Shown: positions 11,598 through 24,003, numbered from the whole stretch's first letter. The stretch is DNA of 63,591 nucleotides, filler included, from 4 parts of 4 records of this genome joined end to end with filler, not necessarily neighbours in it; one strand, 5' to 3'. A program made the numbers and translations. Notes: generated by a model not told the origin, from the letters alone.

Positions 11598-11627
11598 TTG
11601 CTCTGCACTCATCACATTTGCTATCAT
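11598..11627 (+). promoter_or_regulatory. Predicted mutS promoter
   Basis: TTGCTC (11598-11603), 18 bp, TATCAT (11622-11627), with extended -10 TG at 11619-11620. Confidence 0.45.
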
Positions 11628-11723
11628 CACTAACCGTTTTCCAGTACCTATGCGTCACCTTAACTTCGGCCGATATGGAGTAAAGGGACAGCACACGATG
11701 ATAATAACAAGTGATGTAACACC

Positions 11724-14303
11724 ATGAAAAAATCGAGCGAGTCTCTTTCGCACCACACCCCGATGATGCAGCAGTACCTGAAACTCAAAGCAGAGAATCC
11801 GGATATCCTGTTGTTTTATCGTATGGGCGATTTCTACGAGCTATTCTACGATGATGCAAAGCGTGCTTCTCAGTTGTTAGATATTTCTCTGACCAAACGT
11901 GGCTCATCAGCAGGCGAACCTATTCCAATGGCTGGCGTTCCATTCCACGCTGTTGAAGGCTATTTAGCCAAACTGGTTCAGCTTGGGGAATCCGTCGCAA
12001 TTTGTGAACAAATTGGCGATCCTGCAACCAGCAAAGGGCCTGTTGAACGCAAAGTGGTACGCATTGTTACGCCGGGAACCGTAACTGATGAAGCGCTGCT
12101 TTCTGAACGTCTCGATAACCTCATCGCGGCCATCTATCACTACGATGGAAAATTTGGTTACGCGACCTTAGATATTACCTCTGGCCGATTTCAATTAAGT
12201 GAGGCAGAAACAGAAGAAGCAATGGCTGCTGAGTTACAACGAACCGCGCCACGAGAACTTCTGTTCCCAGAAGATTTTGAGCCTGTACAACTGATGGCGA
12301 GCCGCAAAGCCAATCGCCGCCGTCCTGTATGGGAATTTGAACTTGAGACTGCGAAACAGCAACTCAATCAGCAATTTGGTACGCGCGATCTTGTTGGCTT
12401 TGGTGTTGAAAACGCTGCGCTTGGCTTATGCGCGGCTGGCTGTTTGATCCAATACGTAAAAGATACCCAACGTACTGCACTTCCTCATATTCGCTCTTTG
12501 ACGTTCGATCGTCAGGATCAATCCGTCATTCTCGATGCAGCAACGCGCCGTAATTTAGAACTGACGCAAAACCTTGCTGGCGGAAGTGACAATACTCTGG
12601 CAGAGGTACTTGATCACTGCGCAACACCAATGGGCAGCCGCATGTTAAAACGCTGGCTCCACCAGCCAATGCGCAGCCTCGATACCCTCAATCAACGTCT
12701 AGATGCTATCGGTGAAATTAAGCAATTAGGGTTGTTTGCTGATCTTCACCCTGTATTAAAGCAGATTGGCGATATTGAACGTATATTGGCACGTTTAGCG
12801 CTTCGTTCAGCACGTCCACGCGACCTTGCTCGTCTGCGCAATGCAATGCAGCAGTTGCCAGAATTGAGTGAAACCTTAGCAGAACTGTCTCATCCTTATT
12901 TAGGCAAACTACGTGAATATACTCAGCCAATGGATGAGTTGTGCGAACTACTTGAGCGTTCGATTAAAGAGAACCCGCCAGTTGTGATTCGTGATGGTGG
13001 CGTAATTGCTGAAGGTTACAATGCGGAACTTGATGAATGGCGTGATTTAGCAAACGGTGCAACCGAGTATCTTGAAAAGATGGAAGCGGACGAACGTGAA
13101 CGTCACGGTATCGATACGCTGAAAGTTGGCTACAACAATGTTCATGGTTTCTTTATTCAGGTCAGTCGTGGACAAAGTCACCTTGTGCCTCCGCACTATG
13201 TTCGTCGTCAAACGCTTAAGAACGCCGAACGCTACATCATTCCTGAACTGAAAGAGCATGAAGACAAAGTTCTTAACTCAAAATCTAAAGCTCTGGCATT
13301 AGAAAAGCAGCTTTGGGAAGAGCTGTTTGATTTGCTTCTACCTCATCTGGAACAAATGCAGAACCTTGCTTCAGCATTGTCTCAACTGGATGTTTTGCAG
13401 AACCTTTCAGAACGAGCGGAAAGCTTAGATTACTGCCGCCCTAAGTTGACGGAAGAACCCGGCATTCATATTCAGTCTGGACGTCACCCTGTTGTTGAAC
13501 AGGTAATGACAGACCCGTTTATCGCCAACCCAATTGAACTGCATGCTAAGCGCAAGATGCTGATTATTACAGGCCCGAACATGGGTGGTAAATCCACCTA
13601 TATGCGTCAAACGGCGTTGATCGCCCTACTTGCTCATATTGGCTGTTACGTACCTGCAGAATCCGCACAAATTGGATTATTGGACAGAATATTTACTCGT
13701 ATCGGTGCCTCTGATGATTTGGCATCTGGTCGCTCAACGTTCATGGTCGAGATGACAGAAACCGCCAATATTCTGCACAATGCAACAGAAAAAAGTTTAG
13801 TGTTGATGGATGAAATCGGCCGAGGCACCAGCACTTACGATGGTCTATCACTCGCTTGGGCAAGTGCAGAATGGTTAGCAAAACAAATTGGCGCTTTAAC
13901 TCTGTTTGCAACTCACTATTTCGAGCTGACTGAATTACCAAACGTATTACCAAACTTAGCCAACGTACATTTGGATGCGGTTGAACATGGCGACAGCATT
14001 GCCTTTATGCACGCAGTACAAGAAGGTGCCGCAAGCAAATCTTATGGTTTAGCCGTAGCCGGTTTAGCGGGCGTACCGAAAAGCGTAATAAAAAATGCGC
14101 GTAGTAAGCTGACCCAGCTTGAACAACACAGCTTAGAGCAACCAAGCAGCTCTTCATCCTCACCGCGAGTCGATATCGCCAATCAACTGAGTCTGATACC
14201 GGAGCCGAGTGAAGTTGAAAACGCGTTGTCTAATATAGACCCTGATGATCTAACGCCTCGTCAGGCACTAGAAGAACTTTATCGCTTAAAGAAACTTCTG
14301 TAG
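11724..14303 (+). CDS. mutS: DNA mismatch repair protein MutS
   Basis: [43 protein letters not shown]. Confidence 0.99.
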   Translation: MKKSSESLSHHTPMMQQYLKLKAENPDILLFYRMGDFYELFYDDAKRASQLLDISLTKRGSSAGEPIPMAGVPFHAVEGYLAKLVQLGESVAICEQIGDPATSKGPVERKVVRIVTPGTVTDEALLSERLDNLIAAIYHYDGKFGYATLDITSGRFQLSEAETEEAMAAELQRTAPRELLFPEDFEPVQLMASRKANRRRPVWEFELETAKQQLNQQFGTRDLVGFGVENAALGLCAAGCLIQYVKDTQRTALPHIRSLTFDRQDQSVILDAATRRNLELTQNLAGGSDNTLAEVLDHCATPMGSRMLKRWLHQPMRSLDTLNQRLDAIGEIKQLGLFADLHPVLKQIGDIERILARLALRSARPRDLARLRNAMQQLPELSETLAELSHPYLGKLREYTQPMDELCELLERSIKENPPVVIRDGGVIAEGYNAELDEWRDLANGATEYLEKMEADERERHGIDTLKVGYNNVHGFFIQVSRGQSHLVPPHYVRRQTLKNAERYIIPELKEHEDKVLNSKSKALALEKQLWEELFDLLLPHLEQMQNLASALSQLDVLQNLSERAESLDYCRPKLTEEPGIHIQSGRHPVVEQVMTDPFIANPIELHAKRKMLIITGPNMGGKSTYMRQTALIALLAHIGCYVPAESAQIGLLDRIFTRIGASDDLASGRSTFMVEMTETANILHNATEKSLVLMDEIGRGTSTYDGLSLAWASAEWLAKQIGALTLFATHYFELTELPNVLPNLANVHLDAVEHGDSIAFMHAVQEGAASKSYGLAVAGLAGVPKSVIKNARSKLTQLEQHSLEQPSSSSSSPRVDIANQLSLIPEPSEVENALSNIDPDDLTPRQALEELYRLKKLL

Positions 14304-14326
14304 TCATACACTTGGTTACTTAGGTA

Positions 14327-14368
14327 TAAATAGTAAAGGCACTCAAATGAGTGCCTTTACTTTATTTA
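14327..14368. terminator. Bidirectional terminator between convergent mutS and rpoS
   Basis: AGTAAAGGCACTCA-aa-TGAGTGCCTTTACT. Confidence 0.9.
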
Positions 14369-14380
14369 AACGTCGAGGTC

Positions 14381-15373
14381 TTAAAATTCGTTTTCTACAT
14401 TAAACAACGATTCCATATTCAAACCTTGTTTAATCAGAATCTCTCTTAGACGTCGTAGGCCTTCTACCTGGATTTGGCGCACACGTTCACGAGTAAGATT
14501 AATTTCACGTCCCACTTCTTCAAGTGTTGATGGCTCATACCCCAACAAACCAAAGCGTCTTGCTAACACCTCTTTTTGCTTAGGATTCAGTTCATCCAAC
14601 CATTCAATCAAAGAGTCGCGAATATCATCATCTTGAGTCGAAACTTCAGGGTCTGAGTTGTTGATATCAGGAATGATGTCCAGTAGCGCTTTGTCTCCGT
14701 CACCACCGATCGGTGTATCAACTGAGTTAATACGTTCGTTCAAACGAAGCATTTTGCTTACATCATCAACAGGCTTATCAAGCTCAACCGCAATCTCTTC
14801 TGCTGTTGGCTCATGATCCAGCTTTTGTGACAATTCACGAGCAGTACGTAAGTAAATGTTCAGCTCTTTAACTACATGGATAGGTAGACGGATAGTACGA
14901 GTCTGGTTCATCAACGCGCGTTCGATTGTTTGACGAATCCACCAGGTCGCATAAGTAGAGAAGCGGAATCCGCGTTCTGGATCGAATTTTTCGACAGCAC
15001 GAATCAACCCTAAGTTGCCCTCTTCAATAAGATCCAGCAGAGCAAGGCCTCGATTACTGTAGCGGCGAGAAATTTTAACCACCAGACGAAGGTTACTCTC
15101 GATCATTCGTCGTCTTGCTGCTTCGTCACCACGAAGGGCTCGGCGAGCATAAAGAACTTCTTCTTCTGCGGTGAGTAGAGGTGAGAAGCCAATTTCACTG
15201 AGATACATTTGGGTTGCATCTAAGCTCTTGGTTGAGGCGTCAAATTCTTCGCGCACCTCTTCTGACTGGCTTTCGTTGTCTTGGTTGGTTTGTTTTGCGT
15301 CTACATCTACAACTTCTGTTGAATCAACGTCTAACTCAAACTCTTCCTTGGTTACTGTATTGCTGATACTCAT
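14381..15373 (-). CDS. rpoS: RNA polymerase sigma factor RpoS
   Basis: [38 protein letters not shown]; directly downstream of nlpD. Confidence 0.98.
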   Translation of the reverse strand: MSISNTVTKEEFELDVDSTEVVDVDAKQTNQDNESQSEEVREEFDASTKSLDATQMYLSEIGFSPLLTAEEEVLYARRALRGDEAARRRMIESNLRLVVKISRRYSNRGLALLDLIEEGNLGLIRAVEKFDPERGFRFSTYATWWIRQTIERALMNQTRTIRLPIHVVKELNIYLRTARELSQKLDHEPTAEEIAVELDKPVDDVSKMLRLNERINSVDTPIGGDGDKALLDIIPDINNSDPEVSTQDDDIRDSLIEWLDELNPKQKEVLARRFGLLGYEPSTLEEVGREINLTRERVRQIQVEGLRRLREILIKQGLNMESLFNVENEF

Positions 15374-15444
15374 AGCGCCTCCCCCGGCGAGTTAGCAAGA
15401 CACAACAACTTAATATGTCGCTATTTAACTCATAACAAGTATGT

Positions 15445-16368
15445 TTAAGGTAAGTACCGCTTTGGATTAACCGACTTACCTTGGTAACGAATTTCAAAGT
15501 GCAAACGAACATTGTTCGTTCCAGAGCTGCCCATAGTTGCTATTTTTTGGCCTGCCTTAACACTTTGTCCTTCTTTTACCAACAACCGGTCATTATGGGC
15601 ATAAGCACTAAGGTAGTGCTCGTTATGCTTTACAATGACTAAGTTTCCATAACCACGTAAGGCATTACCCGAATAGACCACGGTTCCTGCAGCAGTAGAA
15701 GTAATGGCTTGACCTCGTTGGCCCGCGATATCAATGCCTTTATTTCCTTGATCCCCTGCAGAAAAGTTTTTAACAACTCTCCCTTTGGTTGGCCACAACC
15801 ACTTATCGACTTTAGCGTTCTGTGGTTTAGGTTTACTTACAGTTTTGTTAACATTTTGTTGAGTATTAGAACCAACATACTCCTTTGTTTTCGATTGATC
15901 AATCGTCTTAACTGGATCTTTTTTAACCACTTTTTGCGTATTGTGAGATTTAGCGGCATTAGAATTTTTACTCGGTTTCGGGGGAGAAACCGAGCTTGAT
16001 GCGGCTATAGGTGCCGCTGCAACACTAGATGTAGTAGCAACTGCTGGCCCAGCCCCCGTTCCACCGTAAGCCGGTGGATTATATGCTGGTCGCCAAAGTC
16101 GTAACTTTTGACCCGGATGGATCGTATAAGGAGGGGTTAGCTTGTTGTAACTGATAATATCTTTTACATCTTTATCTGTGACATAAGCAATAAAATACAA
16201 GGTGTCACCACGACTAACTTCATAATAACTACCGCGATAACTGCCTCGTGCAATGTCTCTGTAATCTTTCTTCAACCCTGATACCGGAGCAGGCGAACTG
16301 GCTGCACAGCCAAGCAAAAAGCTACACAGTCCACATGCTAATAATATCTTGAGCTGAGCTGATTTCAT
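15445..16368 (-). CDS. nlpD: Lipoprotein NlpD (LysM + M23-like)
   Basis: Lipobox LLGC, LysM GDTLYFIA, NKGIDIAG, LHFEIRY. Confidence 0.95.
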   Translation of the reverse strand: MKSAQLKILLACGLCSFLLGCAASSPAPVSGLKKDYRDIARGSYRGSYYEVSRGDTLYFIAYVTDKDVKDIISYNKLTPPYTIHPGQKLRLWRPAYNPPAYGGTGAGPAVATTSSVAAAPIAASSSVSPPKPSKNSNAAKSHNTQKVVKKDPVKTIDQSKTKEYVGSNTQQNVNKTVSKPKPQNAKVDKWLWPTKGRVVKNFSAGDQGNKGIDIAGQRGQAITSTAAGTVVYSGNALRGYGNLVIVKHNEHYLSAYAHNDRLLVKEGQSVKAGQKIATMGSSGTNNVRLHFEIRYQGKSVNPKRYLP

Positions 16369-16994
16369 TACGCGAGATCACCAGCGACTAAAGGAACAAA
16401 TCTTACCATTTCAACAAGTTGAGAAATAAACTCATCACCTTTTCGGGTTATTTTATACAACTGCTGCTGATCATCCCCCACAGGAATCACCAGACGTCCA
16501 CCTTCCGCAAGTTGCTCTAACAGAGCTTGAGGAACCGTTTCAGCTGCTGCGGTAACAATAATGGCATCAAAAGGCGCTTTCGCTGCCCAGCCTTGCCAAC
16601 CATCACCATGTTTGGTTGATACGTTATAAATATCTAACTGCTTTAGACGGCGCTTTGCTTCCCATTGCAATGACTTGATTCTCTCAATAGAGAAAACATG
16701 CTCAACCAGTTGAGATAAGATCGCCGTCTGGTATCCCGATCCGGTTCCCACTTCAAGTACGCGACTCGCTTGCTGCAATTCCAACATCTGAGTCATTTTT
16801 GCAACTATATAAGGTTGAGAGATCGTTTGTCCCTGCCCGATCGGTAGTGCATTGTTATCATACGCTTGATGGATCATTGCTTGAGAAACAAAATATTCTC
16901 TCGGCAAGGTATGAATGACTTGCAACACCTTTTGATCCGTAATTCCATTCGCCAACAGAAATTCAATTAATCTATCGGCTTTTGGGTTAGCCAT
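16368..16994 (-). CDS. pcm: Protein-L-isoaspartate O-methyltransferase
   Basis: [29 protein letters not shown]. Confidence 0.97.
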   Translation of the reverse strand: MANPKADRLIEFLLANGITDQKVLQVIHTLPREYFVSQAMIHQAYDNNALPIGQGQTISQPYIVAKMTQMLELQQASRVLEVGTGSGYQTAILSQLVEHVFSIERIKSLQWEAKRRLKQLDIYNVSTKHGDGWQGWAAKAPFDAIIVTAAAETVPQALLEQLAEGGRLVIPVGDDQQQLYKITRKGDEFISQLVEMVRFVPLVAGDLA

Positions 16995-17754
16995 CCACTT
17001 TATCCTTTAACCAATGATCCATACTTCCCAACGATTCATGTGCTGTGAGGTCAACTTGTAGCGGCGTTACTGAAACAAAACCATGCTCAATGGCATAAAA
17101 GTCAGTACCTTCACCAGCATCCTGCTCTTTGCCTGGAGGGCCTAACCAATAAATATCATGACCTCGTGGATCTTTCTGCTTAATCATACTTTCGGCATGA
17201 TGGCGAGCTCCGAGACGCGTGACTTGTGTTCCTGCCAATTTCTCTGGAGCGACATCCGGAATATTCACATTAAGTAGACGATTGGTTGGGATTGGACGAG
17301 CAATGTGTTGCTCCACCAACTGACGAGCAATTTTTCCGGCCGTCGCAAAGTGTTCCTGTCCAACCAGTGAAAACGCTATCGACTGAACCCCCAGAAAGTG
17401 CCCTTCCATTGCAGCTGCCACAGTACCTGAGTACAGAACGTCATCACCCAGATTTGCGCCATGATTGATTCCGGTAAGAACCAGATCTGGCATAGAATCT
17501 TTCAACAACTCATTGAGGGCAAAGTGCACACAGTCAGTCGGCGTTCCCTGAACTGAGTAGGTGTTATCGCCAACTTTAGATACGCGCAGTGGCTGCTCTA
17601 AAGTTAAAGAGTTAGAAGCGCCTGAACGATTACGATCAGGTGCAACAATAATCACCTCTGCAAGATCAGAAATAGCATCAGCCAAAGCGTGGATACCTTC
17701 TGCGAATACACCGTCATCGTTACTCAATAGAATCTTTAGTTTCTTGTCACTCAT
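16987..17754 (-). CDS. surE: 5'/3'-nucleotidase SurE
   Basis: [35 protein letters not shown] at 17754 preferred over GTG at 17760. Confidence 0.97.
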   Translation of the reverse strand: MSDKKLKILLSNDDGVFAEGIHALADAISDLAEVIIVAPDRNRSGASNSLTLEQPLRVSKVGDNTYSVQGTPTDCVHFALNELLKDSMPDLVLTGINHGANLGDDVLYSGTVAAAMEGHFLGVQSIAFSLVGQEHFATAGKIARQLVEQHIARPIPTNRLLNVNIPDVAPEKLAGTQVTRLGARHHAESMIKQKDPRGHDIYWLGPPGKEQDAGEGTDFYAIEHGFVSVTPLQVDLTAHESLGSMDHWLKDKVDG

Positions 17755-18793
17755 AAACACGCTCTACTGGAATCTCTTCAATTAACTCTCTTACGATTGA
17801 TGTTGCAAAACTACCTGAATCCAAAGCAAATTTTAATGTAACCGAATTCACATCAACTTCCCAAGTCAGATTTTTCGCTTTTAAAGCGATCGCTCTGCGA
17901 TCATGGCGCATGCGGTTACCTCGAATCAGCTTCATCAAATCTTCTTCGCTATCTAACCATGGCTGTTCAATCGCTAATGCTTCAGCCTGAGTCGGCAAAG
18001 TATTATCACCAGCCAAAGCGGCTGTGATTTGTACTTTTTCTTGAGCGAGCAGATCATTGAACTGAATCAGTTGTTCTGCCGATAACAAAACTTGTTCACC
18101 ATTGCTGAGAGCGATATCACCGTCAACAAAGCGATTAAAGCAACCCGATTCAATTCGTGCAGATACAATGTGGTTAAAAATCCATGAGCGAGCAGTCGAT
18201 AAATAGAGGCTACGCTGATTCTGGTTACGAGTACGAACGTTATCTCGTCCCCAGCGGCGAGCTTCGCTTAAGTTATTACCATCTTTACCAAAGCGCTGAC
18301 TACCAAAATAATTTGGCACACCTTGCTCAGCTACAACTTGTAGTCGTTTAACCACTTCTTCAACATCCGTGACATCTGATAATGTCACTTCAAATTCATT
18401 GCCGGCTAAATCGCCCGGGCGTAATTTTTTGTTGTGGCGAGTCATTGAAAGAACTTCGACACTTGGATGCTTTTCCTGAAACAAGGCTAAGTTTGGAAAT
18501 CCACCAGCAGGTAAATGAACACTTAACCATTGCTCTGTCACCGCATGGCGATCTTTTAATCCAGCCCAGCTGACATCTTTGGATTTTACGCCACATGCTT
18601 TTGCCAACTCGTTGGCAACAAAACTGGTGTTCTCACCGGTTTTACGAATTAAAACCATCAAGTGTTCACCACTTCCAGTGAACTCATAACCGAGCTGCTC
18701 ATTCACTTTGAAATGCTCAGCTTTTGCTTTTATTTTGCCTTTGGCTGTTGGCTTGCCACATAGGTAAGCCAGGGAAGAGAGAAGATCAGTCAT
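17747..18793 (-). CDS. truD: tRNA pseudouridine(13) synthase
   Basis: [32 protein letters not shown]. Confidence 0.97.
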   Translation of the reverse strand: MTDLLSSLAYLCGKPTAKGKIKAKAEHFKVNEQLGYEFTGSGEHLMVLIRKTGENTSFVANELAKACGVKSKDVSWAGLKDRHAVTEQWLSVHLPAGGFPNLALFQEKHPSVEVLSMTRHNKKLRPGDLAGNEFEVTLSDVTDVEEVVKRLQVVAEQGVPNYFGSQRFGKDGNNLSEARRWGRDNVRTRNQNQRSLYLSTARSWIFNHIVSARIESGCFNRFVDGDIALSNGEQVLLSAEQLIQFNDLLAQEKVQITAALAGDNTLPTQAEALAIEQPWLDSEEDLMKLIRGNRMRHDRRAIALKAKNLTWEVDVNSVTLKFALDSGSFATSIVRELIEEIPVERVYE

Positions 18794-18803
18794 TGTCTCG
18801 TTT

Positions 18804-19280
18804 TCATTCTTTAATCAGTAATACCACTGCTTCACAAGCAATACCTTCTTTACGACCAGTAAAACCTAAACGTTCTGTAGTGGTCGCTTTTACGTTTACA
18901 TTGCTTATGTCAGTGTCTAAATCTTGTGCAATCGCAGCACACATTGAGTCGATATGTGGTGCCATCTTTGGTGCTTGCGCCATGATAGTCACGTCCGCAT
19001 TACCTAAACGATACCCCTGAGCCTTGACGCGCTTATAGACATCTTTAAGCAGTTCACGGCTGTCTGCACCTTTCCATTTATCATCGGTATCTGGGAAATG
19101 ACGACCAATATCACCTGCCGCTATGGCACCCAGAAGCGCATCGGTTAAAGCGTGTAAAGCAACATCACCATCCGAGTGAGCCACTAAACCTTGTTCATAA
19201 GGAATGGCAACACCACCGATGATAACTGGACCTTCGCCACCAAATTTATGTACATCAAAACCATGGCCAATTCGTATCAT
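18804..19280 (-). CDS. ispF: 2-C-methyl-D-erythritol 2,4-cyclodiphosphate synthase
   Basis: [21 protein letters not shown]. Confidence 0.98.
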   Translation of the reverse strand: MIRIGHGFDVHKFGGEGPVIIGGVAIPYEQGLVAHSDGDVALHALTDALLGAIAAGDIGRHFPDTDDKWKGADSRELLKDVYKRVKAQGYRLGNADVTIMAQAPKMAPHIDSMCAAIAQDLDTDISNVNVKATTTERLGFTGRKEGIACEAVVLLIKE

Positions 19281-19282
19281 TT

Positions 19283-19978
19283 TTATTCCTTATTTCGGCT
19301 TAAGTAGAACTCGGCCAACGCGAGATCTTCTGGTTGAGTTATTTTAATGTTGTCTGCACGACCATTCACTAAAGCCGGGCTCAAATTTAACCGTTCGAAT
19401 GCAGACGCTTCATCAGTAATATTCGCTTGATGTTCAAGCCCATCAAAAAGCGCATCTCTCAGCGCAAGGGTCGGAAACATTTGCGGAGTTAATGCATGCC
19501 AGAGTGCGACACGCTCAACAGTATGATCGATATTTTGTCCAGCATTGCCGCGCTTCATGGTGTCGCGAACAGGCGCAGCTAAGATCGCACCAACGGGATG
19601 CGAAGTCGCACACTCAATCAAACGATCAATATCTTGCAAAGTAAAACATGGCCGCGCGGCATCGTGAACCATGACCCAATCACTTATCTCATGCTTACAA
19701 ATATAGTTCAGAGCAGATAGAACCGAATCAGCCCGCTCTTTACCGCCGTTTACTCGAACGACTTTCGGATCATTTGCTAAAGGTAAAGTAGGAAAATAAG
19801 GATCGCTTTCACTCACCGCAACAACCACTTTGGTGACTTGTGGGTGTGAAAGTAGCTTTTGAACGGTATGTTCTAAAACGGTTTGCCCATGTAACTTAAG
19901 GTACTGTTTAGGACGGTCAGCTTGCATGCGGCTACCAACCCCAGCGGCTGGTACGACGGCAATAATAGAAGGAATCAT
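19283..19978 (-). CDS. ispD: 2-C-methyl-D-erythritol 4-phosphate cytidylyltransferase
   Basis: [25 protein letters not shown]. Confidence 0.98.
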   Translation of the reverse strand: MIPSIIAVVPAAGVGSRMQADRPKQYLKLHGQTVLEHTVQKLLSHPQVTKVVVAVSESDPYFPTLPLANDPKVVRVNGGKERADSVLSALNYICKHEISDWVMVHDAARPCFTLQDIDRLIECATSHPVGAILAAPVRDTMKRGNAGQNIDHTVERVALWHALTPQMFPTLALRDALFDGLEHQANITDEASAFERLNLSPALVNGRADNIKITQPEDLALAEFYLSRNKE

Positions 19979-20259
19979 TGAGACTGTTCCTCACCAATAA
20001 TACGGTAAAACGTTTCTCCATCTTTCACCATACCAAGTTCGTGACGCGCTCGCTCTTCAATGGCATCAAGCCCTTGGCGTAGATCATCTATTTCGGCAAA
20101 CATTTCTTGGTTACGTTGGTGTAAGTTGGTGTTTACTTGCTCCTGCACCTCAATTTCAGCGTCAACGTCCTGAAAATCAAAAATACCATTTTTACCCTGC
20201 CACAAACTGTATTGCAGCATGCCCAGTAATAGGGTTAATGTCAGCGCAAGCACTCGCAT
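19975..20259 (-). CDS. ftsB: Cell division protein FtsB
   Basis: N-terminal TM helix, LWQGKNG, coiled coil, [12 protein letters not shown]; upstream of ispD. Confidence 0.96.
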   Translation of the reverse strand: MRVLALTLTLLLGMLQYSLWQGKNGIFDFQDVDAEIEVQEQVNTNLHQRNQEMFAEIDDLRQGLDAIEERARHELGMVKDGETFYRIIGEEQSQ

Positions 20260-20289
20260 TACATTCACACTCGTCCGTTGTTTTGATAG

Positions 20290-20322
20290 AAAAAAGGCCG
20301 AATCGAAAACGGCCTTTTTAAA
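20290..20322 (-). terminator. Terminator-like hairpin between uppP and ftsB
   Basis: AAAAAGGCCG-N9-CGGCCTTTTT; followed by T6 on the minus strand. Confidence 0.6.
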
Positions 20323-20379
20323 ATAGTGTCGTATTTATACCACAAGCGCCATTTTCAGGCGACTAACCGCTTAAAACGA

Positions 20380-21183
20380 CTAGCGACTTAGTAGGAAGGC
20401 AAACAAACCTACCCCGAGAATCAGTCGATAGATCACAAACGGTGTCATCCCCATCTTAGAAATCAACTTCAAGAAGAAGAAAATACAAATGTAGGCGCTA
20501 ATAAAGGAAGTAATAATCCCCGTGGCTAGAAATCCTAAATGAATCGGCGCGCCAGTGGTCACTAATTTAAGGCCTAAGTAACTACCTGCTAGCATGATGA
20601 TGGGAATCGACATTAAAAACGAAAAACGCGCAGCAGCCTCACGAGTAAACCCAAGGTAGAGCGCGGCGGTAATGGTCGCACCAGAGCGAGAGGTTCCAGG
20701 AATAATAGCAACAGCCTGAGCTAGGCCAATAAACAATGCTTTTTTCCATCCAGCTTGATACTCGTCGTCTTGTAACTTAGCGGTTTTATCGACATACCAA
20801 AGCAGCAGACCAAATACGATTGTGGTGGTAGCAATCACCCAAGCACTGCGTAAGTAAATCTCAACAATATCTTTCATCAACAAACCAAAGATACATGCAG
20901 GGATAGTCGCCAGAACAATCAACCAGGCCAATTTCGCCTCTTTACCACGGTCACCTTTAAAAATTGAAGCGATAAATGCGGTCAATAACGCCTTAACCTC
21001 TTGGCGGAAGTAAATGATGACAGCCGCTAATGTACCCACATGCACTGCAACATCAAACGCCAACCCTTGATCGGCCCAGCCCAAGATCGCTGATGGCAGA
21101 ATTAAATGCGCTGAGCTGGAAATAGGCAAAAACTCAGTAAGACCTTGGATCAAGGCCAACATAAAGGATTCAAAATAACTCAT
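20380..21183 (-). CDS. uppP: Undecaprenyl-diphosphatase
   Basis: [29 protein letters not shown]. Confidence 0.97.
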   Translation of the reverse strand: MSYFESFMLALIQGLTEFLPISSSAHLILPSAILGWADQGLAFDVAVHVGTLAAVIIYFRQEVKALLTAFIASIFKGDRGKEAKLAWLIVLATIPACIFGLLMKDIVEIYLRSAWVIATTTIVFGLLLWYVDKTAKLQDDEYQAGWKKALFIGLAQAVAIIPGTSRSGATITAALYLGFTREAAARFSFLMSIPIIMLAGSYLGLKLVTTGAPIHLGFLATGIITSFISAYICIFFFLKLISKMGMTPFVIYRLILGVGLFAFLLSR

Positions 21184-21197
21184 TGTTTTCTCAAAAA

Positions 21198-21704
21198 TTA
21201 GGGTCTACTGACCTTGTTAACGCTAAACCACTGAGGTATCGGTGTTAAAGTGTCTAACATCGAAAAACCTTCCCATATCTGCTTTACCGATAAGTCACGA
21301 CCGGGAACTCGCAGATCTGGGCATAACTCATAAAGAGGCTGTATAACGAAAGGATATTTATAAATATCAGAACGTGGCACTACGGGTGAAACCTCAGATA
21401 TGACATCACCAAACAAAAGAATATCCATATCTAACGTTCGATCTTGAAACTTCTTAGCATCGACTTCACGTCCCCAGCGAATTTCAGCCTCTTTTAAACA
21501 GGCTTGGAATTCATCAAGAGAGAGGGACGTTTTCATCTCAACGACCAAGTTAAAAAACGGGTGGCTATCAAACCCCTCAGAGGCGCACTCATAGATCGTT
21601 GATAACTTGAGGTCTGAACCGAGTCGCTTTAGCTCTTCAATCGCAGCCTCAATATGTTGATAACGTTCTAAATTAGAGCCGACACCAACATAAACGGTGA
21701 TCAT
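21198..21704 (-). CDS. folK: HPPK (6-hydroxymethyl-7,8-dihydropterin pyrophosphokinase)
   Basis: [18 protein letters not shown]; directly after folB. Confidence 0.92.
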   Translation of the reverse strand: MITVYVGVGSNLERYQHIEAAIEELKRLGSDLKLSTIYECASEGFDSHPFFNLVVEMKTSLSLDEFQACLKEAEIRWGREVDAKKFQDRTLDMDILLFGDVISEVSPVVPRSDIYKYPFVIQPLYELCPDLRVPGRDLSVKQIWEGFSMLDTLTPIPQWFSVNKVSRP

Positions 21705-22054
21705 AGCGTTCCTCGTTCAATGATCACACCAACACCTTTCGCTTGGGGTACTGCACCTGGCTTTGTCAGGCGGATACGAATCCAAGGAACAGAAAAACGC
21801 TGCATAATAAGCTGAGCAATTTCTTCTGCTACGCGCTCTACCAACAAGAAACGTCCCGACTCAATATGTTCAATAACCGCTTGACTCACTTGGGCATAGT
21901 CCAGAGCATGCGTAACATCATCACTCTTTCCTGCGGGTTTATTGTCATGGGCCATTTCCAGATCCAACACTAGCTTCTGTTTGATGGTCTGTTCCCAATC
22001 GTAAACCCCAATGGTTGTGATTACTTCAAGTTGCTCGATAAAGACTTTATCCAT
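21701..22054 (-). CDS. folB: Dihydroneopterin aldolase
   Basis: IGVYDWEQ, LDYA, LVERVAE, KPGAV. Confidence 0.97.
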   Translation of the reverse strand: MDKVFIEQLEVITTIGVYDWEQTIKQKLVLDLEMAHDNKPAGKSDDVTHALDYAQVSQAVIEHIESGRFLLVERVAEEIAQLIMQRFSVPWIRIRLTKPGAVPQAKGVGVIIERGTL

Positions 22055-22250
22055 ACTTCTATTGATTCCTTAAGGCTTACAACACTATTCGATGGTGTTT
22101 TTTCGTTACAGGTCGGATACCTAAATTCAGTAAAAAAACGTACTATCGTCGTCAATCGCGATATCATATACCTAAACCGCCTCTAGATGGAAAATCCGAA
22201 CAGAAATTTTACGTATAGGGACAAGGTCTGACTTCCACATTGAGGTGCTA

Positions 22251-22847
22251 ATGACGCCACTGGCTCTGATAATGATCATTTCTGCCTATTTACTGGGATC
22301 GATTTCCAGTGCGGTACTGATCTGCCGAGTATTGCGTCTACCCGATCCCAGAGGCGTGGGGTCGAATAATCCAGGAGCAACCAATGTATTGCGGATTGGC
22401 GGTAAAAAAGCCGCTGCTGCAGTATTGCTGTGCGATATGCTTAAAGGCACCATTCCAGTTTGGGTCGGTTACTTCCTCAAAATCGATCCTTTAATTCTTG
22501 GCGTTATCGCTATTGCTGCTTGTTTAGGACATATGTACCCAATTTTCTTCCACTTCAAAGGAGGAAAAGGCGTTGCGACTGCGTTAGGTGCGATAGCTCC
22601 CATTGGCTTAGATCTTACGGCTATGATCATGGCAACCTGGCTATTTGTGGCGGTCATTTTCCGCTACTCATCTCTTGCAGCGATCGTTACTGTACTTTTA
22701 GCACCTTTTTATACTTGGATGGTTAAACCGCAATATACACTGCCCGTTGCCATGCTCTGCTGTCTGATTATATTGCGTCATCACCAGAACATTAAACGCC
22801 TGATTTCCGGCACGGAGCCCAAAGTGGGTGAGAAGAAAAAAGCATAA
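22251..22847 (+). CDS. plsY: Glycerol-3-phosphate acyltransferase PlsY
   Basis: [39 protein letters not shown]. Confidence 0.97.
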   Translation: MTPLALIMIISAYLLGSISSAVLICRVLRLPDPRGVGSNNPGATNVLRIGGKKAAAAVLLCDMLKGTIPVWVGYFLKIDPLILGVIAIAACLGHMYPIFFHFKGGKGVATALGAIAPIGLDLTAMIMATWLFVAVIFRYSSLAAIVTVLLAPFYTWMVKPQYTLPVAMLCCLIILRHHQNIKRLISGTEPKVGEKKKA

Positions 22848-22869
22848 AGTCTATTGACCAAACAATGAA

Positions 22870-22903
22870 TACAAAAACGGCCGCAGTAGCGACCGTTTTT
22901 GTA
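22870..22903. terminator. Bidirectional terminator between plsY and tsaD
   Basis: TACAAAAACGGcCGC-agta-GCGaCCGTTTTTGTA. Confidence 0.8.
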
Positions 22904-22914
22904 ATTTATATGAG

Positions 22915-23931
22915 TTACTCAACCGGAGTCAGCTGATCAATCGGCCAGCGCGGACGTGCTTCTACACTTAAATCCGTCACATCACCATTCTTCAAACGTT
23001 GCATACCTGCAAAAGCAATCATGGCACCGTTATCAGTACAAAACTCGGTACGAGGGTAATACACTTCACCGCCCACTTTTTCAGCCAGCTTAGCTAAATC
23101 TTCACGCAACTGTTTATTCGCACTAACACCGCCAGCAATGACAATTCGTTTCATGCCCGTTTCGGCTAATGCACGCTTACATTTAATCGCCAGCGTCGCA
23201 CAAACCGCTTCCTGAAACGCATAAGCAATATCTGCTCTTGTCTGCTCATCATTATCATTAGCAGCAATCGTATTGGCAGTAAATGTTTTCAGACCAGAAA
23301 AGCTCATATCTAAACCCGGTCTGTCTGTCATAGGGCGAGGAAACTTAAAACGACCTGGCGTCCCTTTTTCAGCTAAACGAGCAAGTAGTGGACCACCAGG
23401 GTAATCTAAGCCCATGAGTTTTGCTGTTTTATCAAACGCTTCACCAGCCGCATCATCAATAGATTCGCCAAGGATTCGGTATTCACCAATGCCTTTCACT
23501 TCGACCATCATGCTGTGACCGCCAGAAACCAAAACCGCAACAAATGGGAATGGTGGTGGGTTATCTTCCAGCATTGGCGCGAGCAGGTGGCCTTCCATAT
23601 GGTGTACCGCTACGGCAGGAACATTCCATGCGTAAGCCAGGCTGCGGCCAATGGTTGCGCCAACTAATAGTGCACCAACCAAACCAGGACCCGCAGTGTA
23701 AGCCACACCATCAATATCTTTTGGTGTTAAATTGGCTTCAGCCATTGCCGCTTTAATCAACGGTATGGTTTTCTTAACATGGTCGCGAGACGCCAGTTCC
23801 GGTACAACACCGCCGTAGTCGGCATGCAGCTTTACCTGACTGTATAATTTATGAGAAAGCAGGCCTTTCTCATCGTCATAAATTGCAATGCCTGTTTCAT
23901 CACATGAGGTTTCAATACCGATAATGCGCAT
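22915..23931 (-). CDS. tsaD: tRNA t6A synthesis protein TsaD (Vibrio)
   Basis: [42 protein letters not shown]. Confidence 0.98.
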   Translation of the reverse strand: MRIIGIETSCDETGIAIYDDEKGLLSHKLYSQVKLHADYGGVVPELASRDHVKKTIPLIKAAMAEANLTPKDIDGVAYTAGPGLVGALLVGATIGRSLAYAWNVPAVAVHHMEGHLLAPMLEDNPPPFPFVAVLVSGGHSMMVEVKGIGEYRILGESIDDAAGEAFDKTAKLMGLDYPGGPLLARLAEKGTPGRFKFPRPMTDRPGLDMSFSGLKTFTANTIAANDNDEQTRADIAYAFQEAVCATLAIKCKRALAETGMKRIVIAGGVSANKQLREDLAKLAEKVGGEVYYPRTEFCTDNGAMIAFAGMQRLKNGDVTDLSVEARPRWPIDQLTPVE

Positions 23932-23950
23932 GATTTACCTTGAATGTATC

Positions 23951-24003
23951 TAGGGTCTGTTGACCTTTTGAGATTAAATTTTGTTCGAGTTAAAAGCGTT
24001 TTA
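23951..24003. mobile_element. Left end of a probable Vibrio MITE-like interspersed repeat, truncated by the contig end
   Basis: TA followed by GGGTCTGTTGACCTTTTGAGATTAAATTTTGTTCGAGTTAAAAGCGTTTTA. I recall this from memory as the terminal inverted repeat of a multicopy Vibrio/Shewanella repeat; the contig breaks inside it, as expected for a repeat. Confidence 0.65.

Noticed and set aside
14304..14380. mutS-rpoS interval, a variable insertion region in enterobacteria
   Set aside because: Only 77 bp containing a bidirectional terminator; nothing inserted
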